Assembly: GCA_046318595.1 (NCBI GenBank)
Contig: JBKCTV010000091.1
Coordinates: forward strand, 63,102-127,101
Length of the DNA stretch: 64,000 nucleotides
DNA from: Burkholderiaceae bacterium
Lineage (GTDB): Bacteria > Pseudomonadota > Gammaproteobacteria > Burkholderiales > Burkholderiaceae_B
Direction: 5' to 3'
Under the pieces are notes generated by a model, which saw nothing but the letters and a program-made list of their open reading frames with translations, did no database searches and was not told where the DNA came from. Each line of letters begins with the position of its first letter. The first letter of the stretch is position 1. Below, piece by piece: positions 9,563 through 17,880 of the stretch. A program made the position numbers and the translations under genes.

Positions 9563-9589
9563 AGCGCTTTGCTTAGCAAGCGCTTTGCT
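9563..9589 (+). repeat. tandem 11-nt direct repeat (agcgctttgct x2) in the cspA leader
   Basis: Copies at 9563-9573 and 9579-9589 are separated by tagca. The two can also pair as an imperfect hairpin. Confidence 0.6.
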
Positions 9590-9610
9590 CAACATTTGTT
9601 AGGAAGAAGT

Positions 9611-9817
9611 ATGGAAGAGACCGGAATTGTAAAATGGTTCAACGACACTAAAGGGTTTGGCTTCATTACGCCAGATTCGGGTGGAGAAGACCTTTTCGCA
9701 CATTTTTCTGAAATTCGCGTTGACGGCTTCAAAAGCCTCAAAGAAGGTCAGAAAGTAAAATTCGAAATCAAAATGGGCCCTAAAGGCCGTCAAGCCGCCA
9801 ACATCCGGCCTGCTTGA
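9611..9817 (+). CDS. cspA: cold-shock protein, CspA family
   Basis: 68 aa: [33 protein letters not shown], with RNP1/RNP2 motifs. The start was moved from the track's 9542 to the ATG at 9611, which is preceded by aggaag. Confidence 0.95.
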   Translation: MEETGIVKWFNDTKGFGFITPDSGGEDLFAHFSEIRVDGFKSLKEGQKVKFEIKMGPKGRQAANIRPA

Positions 9818-9836
9818 GTTTCGTTTGAGAGTTGAA

Positions 9837-9868
9837 AGCCTCATCGCTTCTGGCGATGGGGCTTTTTT
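9837..9868 (+). terminator. rho-independent terminator of cspA
   Basis: Stem agcctcatcgc / gcgatggggct (one G-U pair), loop ttct, followed by tttttt. Confidence 0.75.
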
Positions 9869-10268
9869 ACGGGTCCGGTTGCCTGATTCCAGGGTCTTAT
9901 CCTGGCTCAGCGGGGCATGCGCGCCAGTCGATTTGCGCTCCCGTAAAGCGCGCGGACTGACAGCATCCAGTCGCAAAACGCCCTGATGTACGGCTTGGGC
10001 GTTGCATCTACGGGCTTGCCGACGAAATCCTGAAGGGGGTTGTGCGTAAGTCTGCCAGAACCCATCACCAATTACCCTTGACGCGCCAGAAACTGCAAAT
10101 GCTGGCCCAGTTGCACATAGTGCCCTGGTGCTTGCGGATAGGGCATGGACAACTGTAGAGCCGGAGCGGGTCGATGGGCTGGTCTTGGTAGATTGCGCTG
10201 AGATTCATTCTTGTTTGAGTACGATGGATAATAATGCCACGAGATTGGGCACGACAGGGCGTCGAAAA

Positions 10269-11084
10269 ATGCAATCAGCGATGAGCACGGCGCCGGTGGT
10301 GGTGTTCGATTCCGGTGTCGGCGGCTTGTCCGTGCTCAAGGCTTTATGTCGGACCTTGCCGGGCGAATCGTTTTATTATATTGCCGACAGTTTATATGTG
10401 CCTTATGGCGACAGGCCGGCCACGACGGTTGTCGAACGCAGCCGGCAGGTAGCGGCATATGGTCGCTCGTTGGGGGCAAAAGCCCTTGTCATTCCGTGCA
10501 ACACGGCCACGGCGGCTGCCAGCGCCGAGTTGCGCCTGTTGTATCCCGACTGGATCGTCATCGGCATCGAGCCGGCGGTTAAGCCTGCGGCGGCCATCAC
10601 CAAAACTGGCGTCGTTGGCGTGCTCGCCACCACGGGTACCTTGAACAGCGACAAGTTTCGGCGCCTGGTCGAGCGCGTGGCGCAGGGGGTACGTGTCGTC
10701 GTTCAGCCTTGCCCGGGGGTTGTCGAACATATCGAGGCGGGCGATCTGGACAGTGTCACGCTGCGCGAGTTGCTGCGGGCTTATGTCGCAGCGCTGCTGG
10801 CGCAGGGAGCCGATGTGCTGGTGCTCGGTTGTACGCATTACCCATTCGTCGGCGCCCTGATCGCGGCGCTTGCCGGCCCGGCCGTGCGCATTCTGGAAAC
10901 TGGCGAAGCGGTGGGCCGCGAAACCCGGCGGCGGCTCGCGGCGGTCGATGCGTTGCGTTCGGCTGGTGGCACGGCTGAACGCCTGTTCATGACTACCGGC
11001 GATCCTGAGACTTTTCGGCGGCAGCTCGGCAGGTTGTGGGGAAACGTGGCAGAGCTCGACGTGCGGCGCGTCGAATTGCTTTAA
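10269..11084 (+). CDS. murI: glutamate racemase
   Basis: Contains the VVVFDSGVGGLSV and GCTHYP motifs. The start is taken at the ATG at 10269. Alternatives are 10281 or 10224, and the track ORF begins at 10128. Confidence 0.85.
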   Translation: MQSAMSTAPVVVFDSGVGGLSVLKALCRTLPGESFYYIADSLYVPYGDRPATTVVERSRQVAAYGRSLGAKALVIPCNTATAAASAELRLLYPDWIVIGIEPAVKPAAAITKTGVVGVLATTGTLNSDKFRRLVERVAQGVRVVVQPCPGVVEHIEAGDLDSVTLRELLRAYVAALLAQGADVLVLGCTHYPFVGALIAALAGPAVRILETGEAVGRETRRRLAAVDALRSAGGTAERLFMTTGDPETFRRQLGRLWGNVAELDVRRVELL

Positions 11085-11536
11085 CTGAACCCGCCCGTGC
11101 CGACGTCCGCCCAGCAGTTCGGGGTTTCGTATAAGCGCACATGCTGCAGTTCCAACTGAGCGCCGAAAACGTTTTGGTAAGCCGGGGCCAGGATATCGAA
11201 AATCGTCTTGGCCAGGTTTTCGGCTGTCGGAATGACATCCAGCACGACGATGCGCTGTGCCGGCAGAGCTTGCAACGCGGGCAACACGGGATCGTCGCGG
11301 TACGCCAGAAAAGCATGGTCCCAGGGCTCACCGACTAGCTGCATCGCCAAGGACTTGACGTCGCCGAAGTCGAGTACCATGCCGTTATCGGATTGCCCGG
11401 CGATTTGCCGCAGCGGACCGCTCAGGGTGATCTCGACGATGTAGCGGTGACCGTGCACGCTGCGGCACTTGCTTTTGTGGTCGGGGATGCGGTGGCCGGC
11501 ATCGAATTCGATTTTGCGGGTGATACGAAAGTGCAT
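11081..11536 (-). CDS. queD: 6-carboxy-5,6,7,8-tetrahydropterin synthase
   Basis: 151 aa. FDAGHRIP...CRSVHGHRY is the PTPS/QueD zinc and catalytic motif. Confidence 0.85.
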   Translation of the reverse strand: MHFRITRKIEFDAGHRIPDHKSKCRSVHGHRYIVEITLSGPLRQIAGQSDNGMVLDFGDVKSLAMQLVGEPWDHAFLAYRDDPVLPALQALPAQRIVVLDVIPTAENLAKTIFDILAPAYQNVFGAQLELQHVRLYETPNCWADVGTGGFS

Positions 11537-11634
11537 TTGAGCGACAGCCTTGGTTGGATTGCGAATACCCGAGCTATTGTAGCCTACGCGCGCCTGCGCA
11601 GCGCGGTTGCGTCATCAGAATGACTCGCCCTGAT

Positions 11635-14600
11635 TTAATCGAACCGCCCCTGGCGCACTTGCGCCAACCGGCCTCCCATCAGCAACTCGATGTTGCCTCC
11701 GGCTGCTGCGGTGTTGATGCTTAGTGTCCGTTCGATGGCGAATCGTTGCAGGCTGTGCGGGCCGCCCGCCTTGGGGCCCGTGCCCGACAAGCCTTGACCG
11801 CCGAAGGGCTGCACGCCGACGGTTGCGCCTATCATGGAGCGGTTGATATAAATGTTGCCGACCGGCAGGCGGCAGACCTGTTCGATGCGGGCATCGATGC
11901 GGCTTTGTAGCCCAAAAGTCAAACCCCAGCCGCTGGCGGCGATCCGCTCGAGCACCGCCTCGAAGTCGGTGGTGGGGTAGCGGACGACTTGCAATATCGG
12001 ACCAAAAATCTCGGTTGCGAGTGCCTGATCGGCTGCGGCATAAGGCATTTCGAGAATCATGGGTTCGAAAAAATCGCTCTTGGCGAGTTGCGCCGGGGAC
12101 AGTTCCAGTCGGTGAACGGCCGTGGCCAAGCGTGCCTGCTGCTTTACGAGCTCCCTGACACGGGCAACGGCGGCGGCATCGATGAGCGGGCCGATGTCGG
12201 TGTCGATGAGATCCTGTGGGCCGACGCGCCGCTCTTGCAGGGCGCCGAGCAATAAAACCACGACGCGGTCGGCGATCGATGCGTCGACGAACAGCACGCG
12301 CAGGGCACTGCAGCGTTGCCCGGCACTGCGGAAAGCGCTTTCAAGGACTGCATCGCAGACTTGCTCGGGCAGGGCCGTAGCATCGACGACCATGGCGTTG
12401 ACCCCACCGGTTTCTGCGATCAGCGGCGCCAGTGCGCCCGGCCGGTCCGCTAGGGCTCGCGCGATGTGCCGGGCGGTCAGGGTGGATCCAGTAAATGCAA
12501 CCCCATCTACGCCAGGATGTCCGATTAGCCGTTCGCCGTGATCGACGCTGGCTTCAATCAGTTGCAAGCAATCGGCGGGCAGACCAGCCGCATGAGCCTG
12601 CGCCACGGCCCATGCTGCGATCAGCGGCGTTTGTGGGGCTGGTTTGGCGGCAACGGTATTACCGGCGGCAAGCGCGGCGGCGATCTGGCCGACGAAAATC
12701 GCCAAAGGAAAATTCCATGGGCTGATGCAAGCCCAGACGCCGCGTCCATGCCAGGACAAGGTGTTTGATTCGCCGGCCGGGCCGGGCAGTATTTGCGGCA
12801 AGGCAAACAGCCGCTCGGCCTGGGTGGCATAGTAGCGCAGAAAATCTACCGTTTCGCGAATTTCGGCGAGCGCATCGGCATATGTTTTACGCGCTTCGTT
12901 GATCAGGAGGCTGAGTGCATCCGGTGTGCGATGTTCGAGCGCATCGGCCCAGTCGCGCAAGCATCGAGCGTGTTCGCCAGCGGGCCGCCGCGACCAGTCG
13001 GGAAAGCCGTTGCGCACCGATTGAACGGCCTCGTCGACCGGCAGGGGCACTGCCATATCTGCTGGCGCAGCCCGGCGGCTCATCGTCTGCGCCCACTGCT
13101 GAACCGTGCGCTGCATCAGATCGTGGCCCTGTGAGTTGCGCCGGTCGGCAAACAGCTCCGGCGGGTCGGGCAATTCGGCCGCTGGAGCATACAAGCGCTG
13201 CAGACAAATATCGTAGGGGTGTGTGGCCAGATCTTCCAGGGTGTTGGCCGGCATGTGCACGGCGCGCACAAAAGATGTGTTGGCGCCGTTTTCGAGCAGC
13301 CGTCGCACGAGGTAAGCCAAGGCATCTTGATAAGCGCCGATCGGCGTGTAGATACGGCAGGGCAGATCGCGCCATTGCGGATGTTTGCGAACCTGTTCGA
13401 GGAGCGCCTCGCCCATGCCGAAAAGGCGCTGTATTTCGAAGTCAAAACCGCTGTGCGCGGTGCCGTCTTCGGCGTAGGCCAGAACCGTAGCCAGCGTATG
13501 GGCGTTGTGCGTGGCGAGCATCGGATAAACCGCTGGTCGGGCGTCGAGCAGCCGCCGCGCGCAGGCGAGATAATTCAGATCGGTGCCGGCCTTGGTGGTA
13601 AATACCGGGTAGCTCGTCAGGCCGAGCTGCTGTGCGCGGGAGATTTCGCTGTCCCAGTAGGCGCCTTTGACGAGCCGGATCTGCAGGCGGCGGCCGCTGG
13701 TCCGCGCCACCTCGATCAGTTCGTCGACCAGGGGCAGCGCGCGACGCTGATAAGCCTGAACGGCAATACCAAGACCCTGCCAGGCGCGCACGCGCTCGTC
13801 TGGATGGCGGTCGAGCTGCTCTACGAGGCTCAGTAACACGTCGCTCGTCAGATGCAGGCGCTCGGACTCTTCGGCGTCGATGGTCAAGGGTATGTCGGCA
13901 TGCGCCGCACGCTCGACCAGTTGCAGCAGCCGCGGCACGAGCTCGTCCAGGACACGCACGCGCTGGGTATCCTCGAAGCGCGGGTGCAGGGCCGACAGCT
14001 TGACCGAAATCGATGGCCGCAATGTCTGTGGCTTGGCCGGCAACGCATGCAGGGTGTCGATCGCCGCGCGATAGGCTGTGAAATAGCGGTCGGCGTCCGC
14101 CTGGGTGCGCGCTCCTTCGCCGAGCATGTCGAACGAATAGCTATCGACCGACCAGGTTTTCGGGAGATTGCGCAGCGCAGAGGGCAGATCCTGCCCGGCG
14201 ATGAATTGTCGCCCGATCCGCGCAACACCGGCGCGCGCGGCTTTCTGGACATAACGATCGGCCAGCCGGCTCCACCAGCGCGGCTGCTCGGCATGGGCGG
14301 TTTCGACTTGCCTGCCGACGGCAAGTAACCGATCGAGCCAGCGCGCCGCGCCACCATGGCGCCCGGCATGCGCCGCCCAGTCGCCCTGGCTCAGTTTGTC
14401 GGCGAGCAGCCGGCCGGCCATCGGGCCGCCGCCGGTACGCAGTAAACTCTCCGCGAGTCGCATCAGGGCCAGGCCTTCGGCCGTGTCCAGCGGATAAAGC
14501 TGCATCAGCCCTTCGATAGTGTCGAGCCCGCAAGTTTGTTCGCGCAGTGCGGCAACCCAGTGTTTGGCGAGCTCGTAGGACCGGGCGTGGCAGGCCGTTG

Positions 14601-14697
14601 AGCCCAGAATGACATCGGCGGCGCGGCGCTGGCACGCGCCTTCCTCGACCAGTGGATGGTTCAGAACCGGATCGAGCTTACGCATTGGAACCTTCAC
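11635..14697 (-). CDS. putA: bifunctional proline dehydrogenase / L-glutamate-gamma-semialdehyde dehydrogenase
   Basis: About 1020 aa. The C-terminal aldehyde dehydrogenase domain has the catalytic Cys context (FRSAGQRCSALR), and the N-terminal part is a PRODH barrel. There is no ribbon-helix-helix extension. The start is uncertain because 14697 overlaps the rsmA 3' end; the ATG at 14685 is an alternative. Confidence 0.85.
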   Translation of the reverse strand: MKVPMRKLDPVLNHPLVEEGACQRRAADVILGSTACHARSYELAKHWVAALREQTCGLDTIEGLMQLYPLDTAEGLALMRLAESLLRTGGGPMAGRLLADKLSQGDWAAHAGRHGGAARWLDRLLAVGRQVETAHAEQPRWWSRLADRYVQKAARAGVARIGRQFIAGQDLPSALRNLPKTWSVDSYSFDMLGEGARTQADADRYFTAYRAAIDTLHALPAKPQTLRPSISVKLSALHPRFEDTQRVRVLDELVPRLLQLVERAAHADIPLTIDAEESERLHLTSDVLLSLVEQLDRHPDERVRAWQGLGIAVQAYQRRALPLVDELIEVARTSGRRLQIRLVKGAYWDSEISRAQQLGLTSYPVFTTKAGTDLNYLACARRLLDARPAVYPMLATHNAHTLATVLAYAEDGTAHSGFDFEIQRLFGMGEALLEQVRKHPQWRDLPCRIYTPIGAYQDALAYLVRRLLENGANTSFVRAVHMPANTLEDLATHPYDICLQRLYAPAAELPDPPELFADRRNSQGHDLMQRTVQQWAQTMSRRAAPADMAVPLPVDEAVQSVRNGFPDWSRRPAGEHARCLRDWADALEHRTPDALSLLINEARKTYADALAEIRETVDFLRYYATQAERLFALPQILPGPAGESNTLSWHGRGVWACISPWNFPLAIFVGQIAAALAAGNTVAAKPAPQTPLIAAWAVAQAHAAGLPADCLQLIEASVDHGERLIGHPGVDGVAFTGSTLTARHIARALADRPGALAPLIAETGGVNAMVVDATALPEQVCDAVLESAFRSAGQRCSALRVLFVDASIADRVVVLLLGALQERRVGPQDLIDTDIGPLIDAAAVARVRELVKQQARLATAVHRLELSPAQLAKSDFFEPMILEMPYAAADQALATEIFGPILQVVRYPTTDFEAVLERIAASGWGLTFGLQSRIDARIEQVCRLPVGNIYINRSMIGATVGVQPFGGQGLSGTGPKAGGPHSLQRFAIERTLSINTAAAGGNIELLMGGRLAQVRQGRFD

Positions 14698-15481
14698 GAT
14701 GGTTGTTCGACGAGCCGCCCAGGGAATTCGCCAGGGCGATGTATTGGGCTGTCGAAACGTTTTCCGCGCGCCAGGTCAAGTCGATGCCGACGGCGTGTGC
14801 CTGGCTTTCCGAAACGAGCTCTGCGAGGGTATTGCGCAGCATTTTGCGACGCTGGGAAAAGGCTCCGGCCACCAGGCGGCGGAAAACCGCCGGATACAAC
14901 AGAGTGCGGCGTGCCGCCGGTATCGGGGTCATGCGGACGATGGCCGACATGACGCGCGGCGGCGGTTCGAACGCCTCGGGCGGCACGTCGAACAGCCATT
15001 CGATGTCGTAGCAGGCGCCGAGCATGACGGTCAGCCGCCCGAAATCTTTACTGCCCGGCGTGGCGGCCAGTCGGTCGACGACTTCTTTTTGCAGCATGAA
15101 GTGCTGGTCTTGTACATGATCGAGATGCTCGGCCAGATGAAAAAGCAGCGGCGACGAAATGTTGTACGGCAGATTGCCGATGATGCGTAATGGCTTGGGC
15201 AGTTGCGCAAAATCGAACGCCAGGGCGTCGGCCTCATAGACGACGAGCTTGTCTGCCTGCGAAATATGCCTGAGCCGTGCGGCTAGGTCGCGGTCGATTT
15301 CGACGGCGTGCAGGCGCTCGACATGGGGCAGCACGACCCGGGTCAGCGCGCCCAGCCCGGGACCGATTTCGACCATCGCGTCGCCCGGTCGCGGCCCGAT
15401 CGCCTGCACGATCCCGCCGAGCACGCCCTGATCCACTAGAAAGTGTTGCCCAAAACGTTTACGGGCACGGTGTTCAGCCAT
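14678..15481 (-). CDS. rsmA: 16S rRNA (adenine1518-N6/adenine1519-N6)-dimethyltransferase
   Basis: 267 aa with the KRFGQHFL opening and the VEIGPGLGALT SAM motif. Confidence 0.9.
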   Translation of the reverse strand: MAEHRARKRFGQHFLVDQGVLGGIVQAIGPRPGDAMVEIGPGLGALTRVVLPHVERLHAVEIDRDLAARLRHISQADKLVVYEADALAFDFAQLPKPLRIIGNLPYNISSPLLFHLAEHLDHVQDQHFMLQKEVVDRLAATPGSKDFGRLTVMLGACYDIEWLFDVPPEAFEPPPRVMSAIVRMTPIPAARRTLLYPAVFRRLVAGAFSQRRKMLRNTLAELVSESQAHAVGIDLTWRAENVSTAQYIALANSLGGSSNNHREGSNA

Positions 15482-16463
15482 GCCGAGCGGCCTGTTTGCG
15501 AACCATCGCGCGCGCCATGTCCACGGCCGCCCGCAGGCTGCCGGCCTGCGCCCGCCCTGTGCCAGCCAAGTCGAGCGCTGTTCCGTGGTCGACCGAGGTG
15601 CGGATGAACGGCAGACCCAGCGTGATGTTCACGCCTGCGCCGAAGCCGGCGTACTTCAAGACCGGAAGGCCCTGATCGTGGTACATCGCCAGGACGGCGT
15701 CGGCATTTTGCAGATACTTGGGCTGAAACACTGTGTCCGCCGGGTAGGGGCCACTGACCGCATGGCCTTGTGCCTGAAAAGCACGCACGACGGGCTCGAT
15801 GATCTCGATTTCCTCACGGCCGAGGTGGCCGCCTTCGCCGGCGTGCGGGTTCAGGCCGGTGACGAGGACCCGGGGCTTGCTGTGGCCGAACTTCGACTGC
15901 AGATCGTTCAGTAACACTTGCAAGGTCCGGCGCAGCCCTGCCGGCGTTATGTGCGCGGCGACCTGCGCCAGCGGCAGATGGGTCGTGGCCAGCGCCACGC
16001 GCATCGCCGGGCAGGCGAGCATCATGACGACCGTGGCAGTGGCGGTTTTTTCCGCCAGGTACTCGGTATGCCCGGAAAACGCCATGCCGCTGTCCGCGAT
16101 CACCGACTTTTGAAGCGGCGCGGTCACCATCCCGGCATACTCGCCTGTCTGGCAACCATCGATGGCGCGGTCGAGCATTTGCAAAACATACGCGGCGTTC
16201 GCTGTGTCCAGCCGACCGGGAGTGGCTGGCGCGCGCAATACAGTGGCGTCGATCCGGACGCCGTCCAGCCACGCCCCCCCCAGGCCGAGCAGCAGCGCGC
16301 GCGCGCGCAGCAGACCAGGGTCCCCGGTCAGGGCCAGCTCGGTCAGCCATCCTTCTTCGTGCGCCTGCTGGGCAAGCATGAGGCTGATATCGGGGCCGAT
16401 GCCGGCCGGCTCGCCGGTCGTGATGACCAGCGGTCTGTGCTTTCCGGTCATCGGTTTCGCCAC
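15474..16463 (-). CDS. pdxA: 4-hydroxythreonine-4-phosphate dehydrogenase
   Basis: 329 aa with TTGEPAGIGPD and GHTEYLA motifs. It sits in the conserved surA-pdxA-rsmA order. Confidence 0.9.
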   Translation of the reverse strand: MAKPMTGKHRPLVITTGEPAGIGPDISLMLAQQAHEEGWLTELALTGDPGLLRARALLLGLGGAWLDGVRIDATVLRAPATPGRLDTANAAYVLQMLDRAIDGCQTGEYAGMVTAPLQKSVIADSGMAFSGHTEYLAEKTATATVVMMLACPAMRVALATTHLPLAQVAAHITPAGLRRTLQVLLNDLQSKFGHSKPRVLVTGLNPHAGEGGHLGREEIEIIEPVVRAFQAQGHAVSGPYPADTVFQPKYLQNADAVLAMYHDQGLPVLKYAGFGAGVNITLGLPFIRTSVDHGTALDLAGTGRAQAGSLRAAVDMARAMVRKQAARHG

Positions 16464-16466
16464 GAC

Positions 16467-17879
16467 TCAGCTCCCATCCAGACGAATTTCGACATAAGTG
16501 CGGTCGCGTAGCTGCCGCAGCCAGTCCTGGAATGCTTCCTCGGCTTTGCGCTCGCGAATCGCCAGCCGGATGGCTTGCCGCTGCCGCTCGATCGACGGTG
16601 TGGTGGTGCGGCGTTCGATAACCTGAATGATGTGCAGGCCGTACTGGCTTTCGACGATCGGGCTGATCTGGCCTGACGGCAGCGCGTCCATCGCCCGCTC
16701 GAACTCGGGTACGGTGTCGCCAGGATAAAGCCAGCCGAGGTCGCCGCCTTTTTGCGCCGTGCTGTCCGACGAGTACTGCCGCGCCATGTCGGCGAAGCTG
16801 GACGCCTGGTTTTCCAGTCGTTCGCGCACGATGTTCAGCCGCCGTCGTGCTTCGACTTCCGGCAGGATTTCCGATGGCCGGATGAGGATATGTCGGGCAT
16901 GTGTCTGCGTAACGGGACGGTTGGTCAGTCCGCTGGCATTTTTCTTGGCCAGTACTTTCAATATGTGAAAACCGTTCGGACTTTTGACCAGCACCGCCTG
17001 GCCGGGTTCGAGCGCCTGGACGGCATCGACGAATAGCTGCGGCAAACGTTCCGCCGGCCGCAGTCCCAGTTCGCCGCCTTTGAGCGCTTCCGGTGCTGCC
17101 GAGTTGGCAGCCGCCAGGCGCGCGAAATCCGCCCCCTGACGGACCTGCGCCAGCAGCGCTTCCGCCTTGCGGCGCGCTTCGTCGGTGACGGTTGGCGCCG
17201 CGTTCTCCGAGGTGCGGATTAGGATTTGCCCCAGATTCCATTCCTGCGAGCTGCCACCGCCAGCCTTTTGCTGCGTGATGAAATCGTCGATTTCGCTTTC
17301 CGACACTTGCACCTTGCTGTCCACTTCGCGCTCGCGCAGGCGCGTGAGCAGCATCTCGTCGCGCAGTTCGCTGCGGAAACGATTGACGTTGATGCCTTCG
17401 TCTGCGAGCTTTTGCCGGAATTCTTCCTGACTCATGGCGTTTTGCTGGGCGATGCGGCTGATGGTTTTTTCGATCTGTGCGTCCTCGATCCGCAGGCCGG
17501 ACTCCTTGGCCAGCTGCAACTGTGCGTGGTCGATGATCAAACGCTCCAGGACTTGACGCTCCAACTGATCGGCGGCGGGCAGGGGAACGTTCTGCTTTTC
17601 CAGTTGGCGCCTGATGAGTCTTAGCTGTTGATTGAGCTCGCTGCGCGTGATGAGGTCGATGTTGACGATGGCCACGATCGAGTCGACCGGCACTATACCG
17701 TTTTTAGCGGGCAGGGTTTGCAGTTGTGGTGTCAGCCTGCCCATACTTTTATAAATGGAGCCCGCCGGCGGGGCCGGATCGGATGGTGGCAGACTTAGGC
17801 TCTGCGCGGAAGACGCCACGGCCCACGCTGACGATAGACCGGCTAGGCAAAATCTATGTCTATGCAAAAACTGCTTCAT
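16467..17879 (-). CDS. surA: periplasmic chaperone / peptidyl-prolyl isomerase SurA
   Basis: 470 aa from the ATG at 17877-17879 (MKQFLHRHRF..., signal peptide). It has two parvulin-type segments and follows the lptD stop immediately. Confidence 0.85.
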   Translation of the reverse strand: MKQFLHRHRFCLAGLSSAWAVASSAQSLSLPPSDPAPPAGSIYKSMGRLTPQLQTLPAKNGIVPVDSIVAIVNIDLITRSELNQQLRLIRRQLEKQNVPLPAADQLERQVLERLIIDHAQLQLAKESGLRIEDAQIEKTISRIAQQNAMSQEEFRQKLADEGINVNRFRSELRDEMLLTRLREREVDSKVQVSESEIDDFITQQKAGGGSSQEWNLGQILIRTSENAAPTVTDEARRKAEALLAQVRQGADFARLAAANSAAPEALKGGELGLRPAERLPQLFVDAVQALEPGQAVLVKSPNGFHILKVLAKKNASGLTNRPVTQTHARHILIRPSEILPEVEARRRLNIVRERLENQASSFADMARQYSSDSTAQKGGDLGWLYPGDTVPEFERAMDALPSGQISPIVESQYGLHIIQVIERRTTTPSIERQRQAIRLAIRERKAEEAFQDWLRQLRDRTYVEIRLDGS

Positions 17880-17880
17880 G

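Noticed and set aside
9599-10274. Long open minus-strand frame antisense to cspA (track ORF 9599-9976, open further upstream), the 69-aa ORF at 10065-10274, and a 52-codon ORF at 9907-10065, all in the 400-bp GC-rich gap between cspA and murI.
   Set aside because: I recognise no motifs and see no convincing Shine-Dalgarno. The longest frame overlaps the certain cspA gene. The gap could hold a decayed gene remnant, but I cannot support any call.
15814-17241. 475-aa ORF on the minus strand in an alternative frame across pdxA and surA. Similar long shadow ORFs occur at 51-1046(+), 20353-21423(-), 22012-22920(-), 32450-33553(+), 42920-43831(-), 50229-51131(-) and 54458-55246(-).
   Set aside because: Each lies in an alternative frame or antisense to a gene with clear family motifs. 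Their translations are Arg/Ala/Gly/Pro-rich with no recognisable motifs. This is the usual stop-codon-poor shadow-ORF artefact of high-GC DNA.
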